A DNA stretch of 64,000 nucleotides from Antedon mediterranea (taxonomy: Eukaryota; Animalia; Echinodermata): NCBI RefSeq assembly GCF_964355755.1, contig NC_092673.1:30625648-30689647 (forward strand). The letters run 5' to 3'. The stretch's first letter is position 1. The number at the start of each line of letters is the position of its first letter. A program made the position numbers and the translations under genes. This document shows positions 62,557-64,000 of the stretch, in pieces. Under the pieces are notes generated by a model. The model was not told the DNA's origin, ran no database searches, and saw nothing but the letters and a program-made list of their open reading frames with translations.

Positions 62557-63212
62557 GATTTATCAAAATAGTTCTCACTGTGACATAACAAAATACATAA
62601 AAATGTCAGGGAGGGGTAGCCTAGCCGCCGATCCGCGACGTGGATGATGGATGGCCTTTTTTCCATCCAACAAAAATTGACTAAAGACGAAAAATTTTTT
62701 GTTTTGACTACAGAAATGTCAGTCTGCGCCGTTTGTGTTTCATTTTTTACATTGAGCCACAATTCATTCTTGTGTGCACGGGGAAAACACGGTGAAATAA
62801 TACGTGTCGAAGTGAAACAGATTGTCAGATATTTTACTGAAAAAAGTCACAGATTTCGTTATTGAAATAAAATCTTTAGAAATGGGGCGAACAATTTATG
62901 CCACAGATCAAATAAAAAACATAATAGAATCTAATCGTGAAGATCCTCGTTCACTTAACGTAGGTTTAATTGTAGGCCAAATGGTACGTATAAATAAGCA
63001 TGCGAATTCTATCCAACTTGGTCGTTCCTCCTCTAAACGGAGTCATTTCGGCCGCCAGTTATGAACGACCGGTCATACTAATCTACGCCCGGTAGGTCTG
63101 TGTGTTATAAACTGATTAAGTACGTACATGTATTAACATGCTCTACTAGGCCAAGTGGTAAATTTTATTTAATATATAGTTTTCTTTCCAGAAACCAGTT
63201 AAAGTCAGTTAA

Positions 63213-63555
63213 AATATTGGGCGCTAGTTCCGTTTCGCACCTGTCATTTATTTCAACTCAAAATTTGTTTAGTAACTTTATCGTAAGTACCACACCTTAG
63301 AATTAGGCCTCAAAAATACTTTTACGAAGAAGATCACACAAAAAGTATTGAACATGGCGTATGCGAAATTCACGAACAGATGTGCGAGAAACACGTCATC
63401 AATTTAAAGGATTTATTTGTTACTTTTTGTGTGATCTCCTTCGTAAAAGTATTTTTGAGGCCTAATTCTAAGGTGTGGTACTCACGATAAAGTTACTAAA
63501 CAAATTTTGAGTCGAAATAAATGACAGGTGCGAAACGGAACTAGCGCCAAATATT
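63213..63555. repeat. Long inverted repeat (135-bp arms, ~4 mismatches, 73-bp spacer), probable foldback MITE
   Basis: 63213-63347 is the reverse complement of 63421-63555. Confidence 0.92.
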
Positions 63556-64000
63556 GTTATATACTTTGATTTTCATTCGTCACATATTCTAGACTCACAA
63601 TAATGTGTTAAAAAAATCCACATCATTTTCAGTTTCAGAATAAATCTAATCAGTATTTTGACAGTTTTTCACATAAAAAATGTATCAAATGTGCAATATC
63701 ATTTATTTTAACATTAAATATTATGTTAGCATGTACATAAAACCATATACCAGGCGATATTTGGTCCTGTTGTAAGTCCTAGTTGACTATTGTTCTTTAC
63801 CGCACACACAATTTACGCAATAATATTTGTTATCTTGTACTGCTCACTAATTTTATAGGTAGAAAAAAACCATTAATTGCACCTTCTTTTTTATAATATA
63901 GAATGATTTTGGGAAGGATTTTGCCATGATGTTAGTTCCCACACCAAGTCCAGATGGAGGTGATAGTAACACGGAAGTTATTGATGACCAGTGGCTTGCT

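Noticed and set aside
63902-64000. Possible coding exon at the window edge
   Set aside because: It has an acceptor-like site and an open frame, but it is too short, has no recognisable homology, and the strand is ambiguous.

Overview
AT-rich eukaryotic (animal) genomic DNA with GT-AG introns. Gene content, the SINE/MITE repertoire and strong TAGGCCTA enrichment suggest an invertebrate deuterostome, probably an echinoderm (inference). Manual splicing recovers seven host genes. (1) A secreted Sushi-Ig-Sushi-Sushi protein (-, 7 exons). (2) SSNA1/NA14 (-), which carries two homologous, intact alternative last exons. (3) A C1orf21/DUF4612 homologue (+), head-to-head with SSNA1 across a short promoter containing X-box-like motifs. 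(4) An intronless PDIK1L/STK35-like kinase (-) with an N-terminal MGxxxS motif and a C-terminal polybasic-CaaX motif. (5) An SLC10 sodium/bile-acid-type transporter (-). (6) A CD20/MS4A-like four-TM protein with a long Pro-rich tail (-, 6 exons), whose stop-codon region is tandemly amplified in the 3' UTR. (7) DOLPP1 (-, 8 exons). Mobile DNA comprises an apparently intact L1/Tx1-clade LINE (ORF1, ORF2, polyA), truncated LINE 3' ends, tRNA-derived SINEs, a DINE-1/HINE-like element and several palindromic MITE families, one with about 12 copies or fragments. All gene models are hand-derived and unverified by transcripts or database searches.
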